Assembly: GCA_964491185.1 (NCBI GenBank) | Contig: CAZBFH010000003.1 | Coordinates: 1-50,948 of the forward strand | Direction of reading: 5' to 3' | Length of the DNA stretch: 50,948 nt | From: an uncultured Gammaproteobacteria bacterium | GTDB lineage: Bacteria > Patescibacteriota > Microgenomatia > Levybacterales > UBA12049 | Shown: in pieces, positions 1-9,044 of the stretch | Position numbering within the stretch: position 1 is the first letter of the stretch | Layout of the letters: each line of letters opens with the position of its first letter | Translations under genes and position numbers: made by a program | Notes under the pieces: generated by a model | Database searches by the model: none | Told to the model about the DNA's origin: nothing | Seen by the model: the letters and a program-made list of their open reading frames with translations, nothing else

Positions 1-243
1 ATTGTCTCCTAGAGATCCAAAATGAAACCCTATGTCTGAAACGATTTCTTTTTTCGCGATCATTTCTTTTTCAATTAGTAATTGGTAACTGGTAATTGGT
101 ATTTTGTTGTTTGGCATATCTATAACAGCTGTAAATCCACCAGAAATTGCTGCTCTAGTACCAGTTAAAAAATCTTCTTTATGGGTTTGCCCAGGGGTAC
201 GGAAGTGGACATGCGGATCAATGAGGCCTGGAATTTTTATCAT
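1..243 (-). CDS. pyrC: dihydroorotase, N-terminal fragment (gene runs off the left window edge)
   Basis: It is absent from the ORF track because no stop falls inside the window. Reverse-complement translation from the ATG at 243-241 gives [52 protein letters not shown]... This contains the GLIDxHVHxR metal-binding motif and the DMPN motif of amidohydrolase-type dihydroorotases. The start forms an ATGA overlap with the stop of the LOG gene. Confidence 0.7.
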   Translation of the reverse strand, partial: MIKIPGLIDPHVHFRTPGQTHKEDFLTGTRAAISGGFTAVIDMPNNKIPITSYQLLIEKEMIAKKEIVSDIGFHFGSLGDN

Positions 244-779
244 TTATCAAGTTCTTCGTTAATAAAATCTATCGCTTCTTGAGGAGTATTTCTAAACATT
301 ATGTATTCCCGCATATCAAAAGCGTTAAATTTATCATCTTCCATTTTCTTAAATTGAACTCTTAAACCTTCATAAAAATTATCTGTGTCCAAAACTACAA
401 TTGGCTTTTCATGATGTTTTTGTCTTTTAAGTTCTGCTATGTGAAGAAGTTCATCTAAAGTTCCAAGTCCTCCAACCAACGCTACGATTGCCACAGCCTT
501 ATCTAACATTATGGCTTTTCTTTGTCCTAAATCATTTGCAAGAATCATTTCACTTACATCTTTTCTAGCAACATTGTGAAAAACCTGCATGGAAACACCA
601 ATTACTTCTCCACCATTTTTTCTTACCTCATCTGCTACCACTTTCATAAGCCCCGTATCAGATCCTCCGAAAACCAAATTATATCCATTTTCTACAAGGA
701 GTCTAGAAAACTCTTTAGCAGGCTCTATGTATTTAGGATCTAAATCTCTTGAAGAACAAAAAACAGCAATATATTTCAT
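240..779 (-). CDS. LOG family protein (TIGR00730-type lysine decarboxylase-like / cytokinin riboside 5'-monophosphate phosphoribohydrolase family)
   Basis: 179 aa. It has GGSDTGLM near the N-terminus and the GGLGTLDEL motif characteristic of the LOG family. Confidence 0.85.
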   Translation of the reverse strand: MKYIAVFCSSRDLDPKYIEPAKEFSRLLVENGYNLVFGGSDTGLMKVVADEVRKNGGEVIGVSMQVFHNVARKDVSEMILANDLGQRKAIMLDKAVAIVALVGGLGTLDELLHIAELKRQKHHEKPIVVLDTDNFYEGLRVQFKKMEDDKFNAFDMREYIMFRNTPQEAIDFINEELDK

Positions 780-1093
780 ATAATCTCAACAGGCCAAATC
801 GTAATTAATGGCTCTTCATATGGATGAGCAGATTTTATTGCTTCTGTCACTTTATCCAAATCTTCTTCTTTACAAAATGTTAATATTCTTTCTTCTTCGA
901 TTAACTCAATTTTTCCAATTTCACCTATCGCTGGATTTGCTCCATCATTTGGTAAACTATAACCTGTGCCTTTTGTAGAAAAAGAGCAATTTGAATAATT
1001 ACCAATTTTACCAGCCCCCGCTTCGCTCATCGCATCACGAACCTTATCTGAAAAATCAATTGGTGTATTTACGGTGATTTGCAAGTACTTCAT
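776..1093 (-). CDS. small stand-alone protein resembling the PII-like cap/insert domain of NIF3/YqfO proteins
   Basis: 105 aa. Pattern AGAGKIGNYSNCSF...GTG.F/Y.P...ANPAIGE.G....IEE.RI...HPYEEP is the pattern I associate with the NIF3 (YqfO) insert domain. It overlaps the downstream LOG gene by 4 nt. Confidence 0.5.
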   Translation of the reverse strand: MKYLQITVNTPIDFSDKVRDAMSEAGAGKIGNYSNCSFSTKGTGYSLPNDGANPAIGEIGKIELIEEERILTFCKEEDLDKVTEAIKSAHPYEEPLITIWPVEII

Positions 1094-1116
1094 GAGGAAA
1101 TTATAACAGAATTAAA

Positions 1117-2418
1117 TTAAGCCTCAAATGGAATAAACACAGGAGTACCTTCAACTCGATCACTAAGTGACAAATCCTCTAATGCAGATTGTATAATTTC
1201 TTGTCTTGCTGATTCGAAAACAACAATGTCCGGTATATGTGGTTCACCATTGACCGCTGTCTTAAACTGCCTTTCCTGCTGAATATCGGTAATATTTAAT
1301 CCACTTTCACCCATAATCATATATGCTTCTCCAGCGCTCATTGGCTTGTGAGAAAGAAGCATTCTTATGTAGCCTGCTCTTTGAACATTTTCCGGTTCTT
1401 CTAATTCAGCATGTCCATCTAAGGTTGGTAAATCATCTGGTCCTTTTTCCAAATTTATTGCAGCAGTTCTGATATCTTCTAGAACTGCGCTAGTAGTAGC
1501 ATCTCTTCCTGCACCACGACCTGTATACATCTGTGTATCAGCTAGCTCCCAATCTACTTTTACTCCGTTAAATACTCCATCAACTGAAGCAAGCGGATTA
1601 TCTTGTCTAATAATTGCCGGGGTTACTCTTGCTTCATAGAGACCATCCTCTCTTCTTTTTGCAATTGCCAGAAGTTTTATATCATGCGTGACATCTCCGT
1701 CCCCTACATAATTATTTGCAAAATGCAAATCAGCAGCTGTTATGTCTGAAATTCCTCTCCTGTCTATTGTCAGCGGATTCACCATTGAGTTAAAACCTAA
1801 CATAAAAAGAATCGCGAGCTTAAAAGCAGCGTCTTGTCCTTCAACATCTGAAGTAGGATCTGCCTCAGCATAACCTGCAGTTTGTGCTTCAGAAAGAGCA
1901 TCTTCAAAACTCATTCCTCTATCTCTCATTTGGGTAAGGATATGATTAGTAGTACCATTAACAATTCCCGTTATTCCCATTACCCGATCTACTTTTGTTC
2001 TTCTCTTAAGAGTATTTACTACTGAAATTCCTCCTCCGACTGTTCCCTCAAACTGAAAATCAACTCCATTTTCTCTCGCAGCTTCAAATAGCTGATCCGG
2101 ATATAAAGCAACAGGAGCTTTTGCAGGGGTAACTACGCTTTTACCTACACTCATAGCATCTGTCATAAAAGCAGCAGAAATAACCGGATTAACTCCGCCT
2201 GGAGCTTCAACAATAATTTTAATATTTGGATCTTCCAGGAGTTGACTTGAAGTTGTATAGTGTGGACCTACAAATTCTCTATTAGGATTTGAGGGGTTAT
2301 TTACTGCTACACCTCGAAGCTCTAGTCCCCACTCTGGGCCATGCTTCATAAGCTCTCGGATTACTCCTCCCCCTACAGTCCCCGCTCCTCTAACTCCTAC
2401 GCCAATTTTTTCAGCCAT
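1117..2418 (-). CDS. hom: homoserine dehydrogenase with C-terminal regulatory (ACT-like) region
   Basis: 433 aa. It has an N-terminal GxGxVG Rossmann motif (VRGAGTVGGGV). The AGYAEADPTSDVEGQDAAFKLAIL block is typical of the homoserine dehydrogenase catalytic domain. Confidence 0.85.
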   Translation of the reverse strand: MAEKIGVGVRGAGTVGGGVIRELMKHGPEWGLELRGVAVNNPSNPNREFVGPHYTTSSQLLEDPNIKIIVEAPGGVNPVISAAFMTDAMSVGKSVVTPAKAPVALYPDQLFEAARENGVDFQFEGTVGGGISVVNTLKRRTKVDRVMGITGIVNGTTNHILTQMRDRGMSFEDALSEAQTAGYAEADPTSDVEGQDAAFKLAILFMLGFNSMVNPLTIDRRGISDITAADLHFANNYVGDGDVTHDIKLLAIAKRREDGLYEARVTPAIIRQDNPLASVDGVFNGVKVDWELADTQMYTGRGAGRDATTSAVLEDIRTAAINLEKGPDDLPTLDGHAELEEPENVQRAGYIRMLLSHKPMSAGEAYMIMGESGLNITDIQQERQFKTAVNGEPHIPDIVVFESARQEIIQSALEDLSLSDRVEGTPVFIPFEA

Positions 2419-2508
2419 ATGGTTGAGCAGGTGCTGATTATATATCTAGATAAATAAAAATTGCAATATGTGTTAGCTTATTTGCATTTTGTGAAGATTT
2501 GATGTTTA

Positions 2509-3087
2509 ATGCCAGATACAAAAATGAATACAGCGCTTATTAACTATTTTGGATACGGGGCCAATGCTGATCCAGCTATGATGGAGGCAATCACTGGCAG
2601 AAGTGATCTAGTGGGCAAACCTGCAGTCCTAACTGATCATCGTCTTGTAATACAAAGATTAGATCAGGTTCCAACTAAGCCTAGGGAAATTTTAGAAGAA
2701 GCATGGGGGCCTGATTTTAGAACTTATGTAGCTGTTCCCGAAAGAGGATCTAGAATTAATGGTGTAGTTTGGAAAATTGATGAAAAATCAAGAAAACTTA
2801 TTAGAAATTGGGAATTAGTAGAAGAAGAGGTAGGCCAAGATCTAGCATGGCGAAAAGAAGCACATCTCACTTCAGTCGCTCTTCCACTCGGTGTATCAGT
2901 TTACGGAATTGTAACAGAGGTACTTGGCGAGGAACAAGCATTCGATGAATCTGCTGCCATAGATGGAACTAATTACCCGCTATTCTTAATGCCTAGAGAA
3001 GACGTTTTGAGGGCTGCGACACTAGAACGAGAAGCATATCTTGCAAGAATAGGAATCGAGGGAAAACCTCCTACCAAAGAGCGTTAA
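2509..3087 (+). CDS. gamma-glutamylcyclotransferase / AIG2-like family protein with C-terminal extension
   Basis: 192 aa. The N-terminal [13 protein letters not shown] resembles the YGSN motif, and GVVWKIDE....NWE resembles the catalytic Glu region of GGCT-like proteins. A hand count over 2509-2640 gives about 45% GC. Confidence 0.45.
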   Translation: MPDTKMNTALINYFGYGANADPAMMEAITGRSDLVGKPAVLTDHRLVIQRLDQVPTKPREILEEAWGPDFRTYVAVPERGSRINGVVWKIDEKSRKLIRNWELVEEEVGQDLAWRKEAHLTSVALPLGVSVYGIVTEVLGEEQAFDESAAIDGTNYPLFLMPREDVLRAATLEREAYLARIGIEGKPPTKER

Positions 3088-3974
3088 AACCAACTAGATT
3101 TTTTCTTAGTACCTTCAAATTCTTTTAGCAATTCTTTCTGGCGAGCTGACAAACTTTTTGGAACTACTACCTTTACCTGCACATAATGATCTCCTTTTCC
3201 TCTTCCGTTAACACTTGTAATGCCTCTTTGCGCAAGCCTAATTACAGTATTTGGTTGAGTTCCTGAAGGAATTCTTAACTTGACATTGCCATCCACTGTC
3301 TCTACGTCTATTTCAACTCCAAGTGCTGCTTGTGGAAATGAAATCTCCTCCTCAGTTACCACATTTTGCCCTTCTCTTTTAAATCTTTTATCTGGTCTAA
3401 CCTCAATCAAAACATCATAAGTTCCAAACCTAACTCGCTGACCATTATCTATTCCTGCAGGAATTTTTACAGTCTCAGTTTTTCCCTCAACTGTTATTCT
3501 TTTTGTAACTCCTTTAACTGCGTCCATGAAATCTATCTGAAGAGAGTAAACGGGTCTTCTTTGTTGCCTTCCAAATGGATTTCCTCCTCCGAAAAATTGT
3601 TCAAAAATTTCAAAAGGATCCGCTCCTCCTCCAAAATCAAATCCGCCAGCGTTACCCCCCGTAGAATACGTATATGTAAAAGGTCCACCCGCTCCGCCAA
3701 ACCCACCAGAAAAAGGATTCCCTCCTCCTGGCGCACCCTGTCCTGCGCCTTGCTCAAAAGCTGCATGACCGAATTGATCGTATGATTGTCTTTTCGCTGG
3801 ATCTGATAAAACTTCATATGCCTTAGTTACTTCTTTAAATTTTTCTTCTGATGTTTTATCCCCTTTATTTCTGTCCGGATGATGCTCAAGTGCAAGCTTT
3901 CTGTATGCCTTTTTTATATCTGTCTCACTTGCACCTTTTGTTACTCCTAAAATTTGATAATAATCTTTTGCCAT
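3084..3974 (-). CDS. dnaJ: J-domain co-chaperone, class B (DnaJ/CbpA-like, no zinc-finger domain)
   Basis: 296 aa. The J domain reads DYYQILGV...HPDRN, followed by a long G/F-rich linker and then the C-terminal substrate-binding beta domains. No CxxCxGxG repeats are present. Confidence 0.85.
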   Translation of the reverse strand: MAKDYYQILGVTKGASETDIKKAYRKLALEHHPDRNKGDKTSEEKFKEVTKAYEVLSDPAKRQSYDQFGHAAFEQGAGQGAPGGGNPFSGGFGGAGGPFTYTYSTGGNAGGFDFGGGADPFEIFEQFFGGGNPFGRQQRRPVYSLQIDFMDAVKGVTKRITVEGKTETVKIPAGIDNGQRVRFGTYDVLIEVRPDKRFKREGQNVVTEEEISFPQAALGVEIDVETVDGNVKLRIPSGTQPNTVIRLAQRGITSVNGRGKGDHYVQVKVVVPKSLSARQKELLKEFEGTKKKSSWF

Positions 3975-3980
3975 AAATTT

Positions 3981-5747
3981 TTATTTCACTGTTACGCTCT
4001 TAGCGAGATTTCGAGGCTTATCAGGGTCGTAATTCTTAAATAGAGCTAGAAAATAAGAAATAAGCTGAGCGGGTAAAATCTGAGAAATATAACTGCCCTC
4101 TTGGGAGTCTTTAACTTCTATAAAATAATCAAAAACTTCATTATTCTTGTGACTTATTCCAATCATTACTCCTCCTCTAGCCTTGATTTCCATAGCGTTA
4201 GAAATAATTGCTCCGTATGTTTCGTCATTTGGAGCAAACACAACCACAGGTGTTCCTTTAGAGATTAAAGCAATTGCACCATGCTTAAGCTCACCTCCCG
4301 GAAGTCCTTCGGCGTGTATATAGCTTACTTCTCTTATTTTTAGAGCCATTTCTAAAGCTGATGGATATGAAGTGCCTCTGCCAATTATAAAAATATGCTC
4401 TTTAGTGTTTAAAAACGAAGCTATTTTTTTAATATTCTCTAAACTTTCCTCACTGAGTATTCTTCTAGTCTCCTTCGCTGCTTTTTCTACCAATTCTTTT
4501 CCTTTTTCAACTTCCCCTTTCATGGCATACGCGAGCATAAGAAGAATTGAAAGCTTGGCGAGGTAAACCTTAGTCGAAGCTACGGCTTTTTCTGGCCCTG
4601 CACCCAAAAGCATCTGCTCATCACTCATTCGGTAAATAGTTGAACCTTTTACATTCGTAACAGCAATAATCTTACTTCCTTTTTTCTTAGCTCTTTGAAG
4701 CGGCTCCACCACGTCAATTGTTTCTCCTGACTGAGATAACGCGATTATCAAACTCCTATCGGTCAAAAAATCTTCAAGATAATTAAACTCTGAAGCTGGT
4801 GCGGTATTAACGTGTACTTTTGCAATTTTTGAAAATAAATAAGTTCCTCCAAGGCAAGCAAAAAAAGCAGTTCCAGCTCCTATAAAATAGGTTCCATATG
4901 CGTTCTTTATGTTTTTACCTAATTTTTCAATCTGTCCTGAATAGTTTTTCGCAATATTCTCCAGCACCTCTGGCTGTTCATTTATTTCCTTAATCATATA
5001 ATGCGCATATTTACCCATCCCCTCTTCCTTTAAAGCTTTTTCCAATGTCTCTAATTCAGGTGTCACACTTAAACCGTCAGGAAGTGAAAACAATTGAAGA
5101 CTTTTCCCAATAATAACCATCTCGTGATCTTTAATGAATAATGCTTTTTCTGTATGCACAGCAACTCCATTTGGATCAGAAGAAATATAAAAAGCATCTT
5201 CACCAACTCCCACCACAAGCGGCGAACCCGTTTTCGCAGCTGCAATCTCATTTGTTTTGGTATTAATTGCGACGATCGCATTTAATCCTCTTATAGAATT
5301 AAAGGCTATCCTAAATGCGTCAGTAAAATTTAAATCTTCAGATTTTATAAAGTCTTCTATAAGGTGAGGAAAAATTTCGGTATCTGTTTCTGAATGGAAT
5401 TCGTGACCTTTTTTTAACAAATCGTCTTTTATTTCTTTATAGTTTTCAATTATTCCGTTATGAACTACTGCAATGTTTTCTGTACAGTCTAAATGAGGAT
5501 GTGAATTTTCCTGCGTTACTCCTCCGTGAGTAGCCCAGCGAGTATGTCCTATTCCAATCTCACTCTCTGGTAAATTAACCTTAGCGTCTCCTATTTTCCC
5601 AACATGCTTTTCTACCTGGATTTTGTCTCCAGATTTTACAGCAATTCCCCATGAATCATAACCCCTATACTCGAGGAGCTTAAGTCCATCAAGAATCATA
5701 TTTGGGGTATCTGTTTTTTTACCAACGTATCCAAAAATTCCACACAT
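3981..5747 (-). CDS. glmS: glutamine--fructose-6-phosphate aminotransferase (isomerizing)
   Basis: 588 aa. It starts MCGIFGY (the N-terminal nucleophile Cys of class II amidotransferases). Two SIS domains follow, and it ends with the typical LAKSVTV+acidic/basic C-terminus. Confidence 0.95.
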   Translation of the reverse strand: MCGIFGYVGKKTDTPNMILDGLKLLEYRGYDSWGIAVKSGDKIQVEKHVGKIGDAKVNLPESEIGIGHTRWATHGGVTQENSHPHLDCTENIAVVHNGIIENYKEIKDDLLKKGHEFHSETDTEIFPHLIEDFIKSEDLNFTDAFRIAFNSIRGLNAIVAINTKTNEIAAAKTGSPLVVGVGEDAFYISSDPNGVAVHTEKALFIKDHEMVIIGKSLQLFSLPDGLSVTPELETLEKALKEEGMGKYAHYMIKEINEQPEVLENIAKNYSGQIEKLGKNIKNAYGTYFIGAGTAFFACLGGTYLFSKIAKVHVNTAPASEFNYLEDFLTDRSLIIALSQSGETIDVVEPLQRAKKKGSKIIAVTNVKGSTIYRMSDEQMLLGAGPEKAVASTKVYLAKLSILLMLAYAMKGEVEKGKELVEKAAKETRRILSEESLENIKKIASFLNTKEHIFIIGRGTSYPSALEMALKIREVSYIHAEGLPGGELKHGAIALISKGTPVVVFAPNDETYGAIISNAMEIKARGGVMIGISHKNNEVFDYFIEVKDSQEGSYISQILPAQLISYFLALFKNYDPDKPRNLAKSVTVK

Positions 5748-5805
5748 AAGTTAGCTATTAAAAACTAGATATTAGTTACTAGTTTGATCTTGGTATTATA
5801 CAATA

Positions 5806-5827
5806 AAAACCGCTCACACGGTCTTTT
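5806..5827 (-). terminator. weak hairpin plus T-run downstream of dnaK
   Basis: The minus strand reads AAAAGACCG-TGTGAG-CGGTTTTTATTG, starting about 30 nt after the dnaK stop. The stem is short and includes a G-U pair, so the call is tentative. Confidence 0.3.
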
Positions 5828-5855
5828 CTATTATCTATTTACTAGTATCTATTTA

Positions 5856-7784
5856 CTAATTTACAACTTCACCTTCGACAGGTTCGTCTGGGTTTGCTTT
5901 CTTCTCTTCTTCTTTTGGAGCTTCTCCATCATTATCTGGATTCGGAACATCTTCCGCTGCTTGAGCCTCAGGATTCTGATCCGGATTCTGCCCTGCAGAA
6001 TTCATTTGCTGTCCAATCTTCTGTAGACTTTCTGATAACTCATTTGTCTTTGTTTCAATTTCTTCTTTAGATTCAGAACTCAAAACGTCCTTTAGGGCTT
6101 TTACTTTTTCTTCAACCTCAGTCCTGAGCTCTGCTGGAACTTTATCCCCGGCGTCTTTTAGACTTTTTTCTGCTGTAAAGATAAGTGAATCAGCTTGGTT
6201 TTTAGCTTCAACCATAGCCTTTTTTTCTTCGTCTTCTTTCGCATGAGCCTCAGCATCTTTTGTCATCTTGTCAATTTCTTCATCAGTAAGTCCTGTTGAG
6301 CCAGTAATCTTAATGCTTTGCTCTTTTCCTGAAGCTTTATCCTGAGCTTTTACGTTTAAAATTCCTGATGCATCAATGTCAAAAGTAACTTCTACCTGTG
6401 GTACCCCACGTGGAGCTGGTGGAATTCCGTCTAGGATAAATCGACCCAATGATTTATTGTCAGCTGCCATTGCGCGCTCTCCCTGCAACACATTAATTTC
6501 TACTTGAGTCTGGTTATCTGCAGCAGTTGAAAATACCTGAGATTTTGAAGTAGGAATAGTCGTATTTTTTGAAATTAATGGAGTTGAAACAGAACCCAAA
6601 GTTTCAATTCCGAGAGTTAAAGGTGTAACGTCTAAAAGAAGCACATCTTTAACCTCTCCTCCAAGTACGCCAGCTTGAACTGCAGCTCCAACCGCTACAA
6701 CTTCATCTGGATTTACTGATTTATTTGGTTCTTTTCCAAAGAATTTAGTAACTGTTTCAACAATCTTTGGCATTCTGGTCATTCCTCCGACCAAAACTAT
6801 TTCGTCGATTTCGTTAACCTTTACCTTTGCGTCTTTTAAAGCTTGCTCTACTGGCTTTAGAGTTTTTTGAACTAAAGGATCCACGATTTGCTCGAGTTTT
6901 GCACGAGTAAGAGTAGTTGTTAGATGGAGTGGGCCATTTTCTCCCTGAGTAATAAATGGCTGATTAATTTGAGCTTCCTGTGAAGTTGATAATTCGATCT
7001 TTGCTTTTTCTGCAGACTCCCTAAGTCTTTGAAGCGCTTGAGGATCTTTCTTAAGATCTACATTATTTTCTTTCTTAAATTCTTCTGCGAGGTAATCAAT
7101 TATTGCTTGATCAAAATCGTCTCCTCCAAGATGAGTATCTCCATTTGTGGATTTAACTTCATAAACTCCTTCTCCTAATTCAAGAATTGAAATATCAAAA
7201 GTTCCTCCTCCAAGATCATAAACAGCAATTGTATGTGCATTCTTTTTATCGAGTCCGTATGCCAATGCTGCTGCGGTAGGTTCGTTTATAATTCTTAACA
7301 CTTCAAGGCCTGCGATTTCTCCAGCTTGTTTTGTTGCTTGGCGCTGAGAATCATCGAAATATGCAGGAACTGTAATAACGGCCTGGGTAACTTTATCTCC
7401 CAAATATGCTTCTGCATCAGCCTTTATTTTTTGAAGACTCATAGCAGAGACCTCCTGTGGAGTTAAGGTCTTCCCATCAACTTCTACGGTTGCCATTCCT
7501 TCTCTTCCCTCTTTAATTGTGTAAGGAAGCCATTTAGAGTCGAACTGAACACTCTCGTCCTTAAACTTCTTACCCATGAGTCTTTTAATAGAAAAAATTG
7601 TGTTCTTTGGTTTTAGAACGAGTTGACGCTTTGCAACATCTCCCACAACGTGGCTAACTGGGTCAACCACTGAAGGGATAGTGTTGCGGCCCTCTCTGGA
7701 GTGAATCACTTTTGGTGCTCCACCTTCCATCACGGCTACACATGAGTTTGTTGTACCTAAATCAATTCCAATTATTTTTGCCAT
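5856..7784 (-). CDS. dnaK: molecular chaperone DnaK (Hsp70)
   Basis: 642 aa. It contains [18 protein letters not shown] and the other canonical Hsp70 signatures. Confidence 0.97.
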   Translation of the reverse strand: MAKIIGIDLGTTNSCVAVMEGGAPKVIHSREGRNTIPSVVDPVSHVVGDVAKRQLVLKPKNTIFSIKRLMGKKFKDESVQFDSKWLPYTIKEGREGMATVEVDGKTLTPQEVSAMSLQKIKADAEAYLGDKVTQAVITVPAYFDDSQRQATKQAGEIAGLEVLRIINEPTAAALAYGLDKKNAHTIAVYDLGGGTFDISILELGEGVYEVKSTNGDTHLGGDDFDQAIIDYLAEEFKKENNVDLKKDPQALQRLRESAEKAKIELSTSQEAQINQPFITQGENGPLHLTTTLTRAKLEQIVDPLVQKTLKPVEQALKDAKVKVNEIDEIVLVGGMTRMPKIVETVTKFFGKEPNKSVNPDEVVAVGAAVQAGVLGGEVKDVLLLDVTPLTLGIETLGSVSTPLISKNTTIPTSKSQVFSTAADNQTQVEINVLQGERAMAADNKSLGRFILDGIPPAPRGVPQVEVTFDIDASGILNVKAQDKASGKEQSIKITGSTGLTDEEIDKMTKDAEAHAKEDEEKKAMVEAKNQADSLIFTAEKSLKDAGDKVPAELRTEVEEKVKALKDVLSSESKEEIETKTNELSESLQKIGQQMNSAGQNPDQNPEAQAAEDVPNPDNDGEAPKEEEKKANPDEPVEGEVVN

Positions 7785-7785
7785 A

Positions 7786-8256
7786 TTAGTTTTTTTGTCC
7801 TCCTACTATTACTTGGGCTGGTCTAAGAACTGTATCGTTTATTTTAAATCCAGCTCTCACTTCTTCAAGCACTTTATTTTCTGTTCCTTCTTGCACCGAA
7901 ACACATTCCATCAAGTGTGGATCGAAATCTCTGCCTTTAGTTTCGATCCGCTCCATCCCTTCATTATAAAGGGCGTCTAAAAATTTCTGAATAGAAAGAT
8001 CTAGACCGGCATCAGTAATATGTTTCTGTGCAAGAAATAGATTATCTAAAACTGGTAAAAGTTTCAAGATCAAATCTTTATTTGCTGCCATTATCCATGC
8101 GCTTTTTTCCTCTGTTATCCTTCTTTCGAGATTTTGATAATCAGCAAGTGCTCTTTTTAATTGATTTTCAAGGTTCTTTAATTGTTCGTTTTCTATTTCC
8201 TCAACGCTTTCTTCCAAATTTTCTTCTGTATCATTTTTCTTTGTCATCATTACCAT
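7786..8256 (-). CDS. grpE: nucleotide exchange factor GrpE
   Basis: 156 aa. An acidic N-terminus and coiled coil ([14 protein letters not shown]) are followed by the C-terminal beta domain ending RPAxVxV. The start is ambiguous among three ATGs at 8256, 8250 and 8247. The stop lies 1 nt from the dnaK start. Confidence 0.9.
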   Translation of the reverse strand: MVMMTKKNDTEENLEESVEEIENEQLKNLENQLKRALADYQNLERRITEEKSAWIMAANKDLILKLLPVLDNLFLAQKHITDAGLDLSIQKFLDALYNEGMERIETKGRDFDPHLMECVSVQEGTENKVLEEVRAGFKINDTVLRPAQVIVGGQKN

Positions 8257-8981
8257 CCCTTTGCAACTTCTTCAATTAAATTTCCAAAATATCTAACAGT
8301 TGGCACAACTTGAGTATAATTTAATCTTGTTGGACCAATTACTCCAATCTCTCCTCCACCGTGCTCTAGCGTTGTATACTTTTTAAATACAAATCCGTAT
8401 GGACCTGCAAGAGTCGGACCAAGATCTTCTCCCATTAAAACCTGTATCTCGCTGTCCTCTCCAGCTGCCGCGAAGAGAACTCTAAAGCATTCAAATTCAT
8501 CAATTGCAGATAGCAAAGTTTTCGTTATATCTATATCGAAAAACTCTGGCATCTCTAACAAATTTGCATATCCTGAAATAAAATATTCGCCATTATCTGT
8601 TGCTGCAATTGCGATTGCCCCTGTTTTATTCGCTAGCGCTCTTGTCACTTCTTTAAGAAACTCTGCCTCTTTGTTTCTTATATCCCAAACTTTTTCTTTC
8701 ATCGAAACTTCTTCCGCAACCGAAAGATCTTTTTCCTTCATCAACTGCTTTACGTAAAATTTCATTGCAGCTGGTGTAGGAACTCTGCCTGAGGAAATGT
8801 GAGTCTTTTTTAGATAACCGTAATCGGTTAATCTCACCATTTCATTTCGGATAGTTGCAGGCGAAGCTGAGAGAGAGTGTTTTTTCTCAAGTGTCTCAGA
8901 GCCTACTGGTTCTGCTGTTTCAATGTACTCTTCAATTAGAGACTTTAAAATCTCTATTTGACGTTGTGTCAAATCATGCAT
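8250..8981 (-). CDS. hrcA: heat-inducible transcription repressor HrcA, unusually short form
   Basis: 243 aa. The N-terminal winged helix reads PVGSETL....ATIRNEM..L...GYL.KTH.SSGRVPT, and the C-terminal block reads GVIGPTRLNY. A CIRCE-like operator lies immediately upstream. Confidence 0.85.
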   Translation of the reverse strand: MHDLTQRQIEILKSLIEEYIETAEPVGSETLEKKHSLSASPATIRNEMVRLTDYGYLKKTHISSGRVPTPAAMKFYVKQLMKEKDLSVAEEVSMKEKVWDIRNKEAEFLKEVTRALANKTGAIAIAATDNGEYFISGYANLLEMPEFFDIDITKTLLSAIDEFECFRVLFAAAGEDSEIQVLMGEDLGPTLAGPYGFVFKKYTTLEHGGGEIGVIGPTRLNYTQVVPTVRYFGNLIEEVAKGW

Positions 8982-8999
8982 AACTTGTTAAAATCTAGA

Positions 9000-9026
9000 T
9001 TAGCAGTAATATAGCATGTCTGCTAA
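9000..9026 (-). promoter_or_regulatory. CIRCE-like inverted repeat (HrcA operator) upstream of hrcA
   Basis: The + strand reads TTAGCAGTA-ATATAGCAT-GTCTGCTAA. This is a 9-N9-9 architecture with 7 of 9 positions complementary between the arms. The canonical CIRCE for comparison is TTAGCACTC-N9-GAGTGCTAA. Confidence 0.8.
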
Positions 9027-9036
9027 TTCCTGTCAA
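9008..9036 (-). promoter_or_regulatory. sigma70-like promoter of the hrcA operon
   Basis: The minus strand reads TTGACA (9036-9031), a 17-nt spacer, then TATATT (9013-9008). The -10 element sits inside the CIRCE spacer. The -35 lies in the 8-nt gap between the CIRCE element and the stop codon (9045-9047) of the upstream HAD gene. Confidence 0.6.
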
Positions 9037-9044
9037 GAGGGTTG

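Noticed and set aside
73-103. There is a short repetitive stretch, AATTAGTAATTGGTAACTGGTAATTGGTATT.
   Set aside because: It lies inside the pyrC coding frame, encoding [12 protein letters not shown] on the reverse strand. It is a codon-level coincidence, not a tandem repeat array or a CRISPR.
3366-3817. Two ORFs of 139 and 94 aa in the track overlap the dnaJ-like gene, one on the opposite strand and one in an alternative frame.
   Set aside because: They lie entirely inside a confidently identified J-protein gene. Their translations are low-complexity (S/R/K/L-rich) with no motifs. They are typical shadow ORFs.
5748-5855. I considered a glmS ribozyme upstream of glmS.
   Set aside because: The whole dnaK-glmS gap is only 108 nt and also has to hold the dnaK 3' hairpin. 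I could not find the conserved glmS ribozyme core, and the space is too short for that element.
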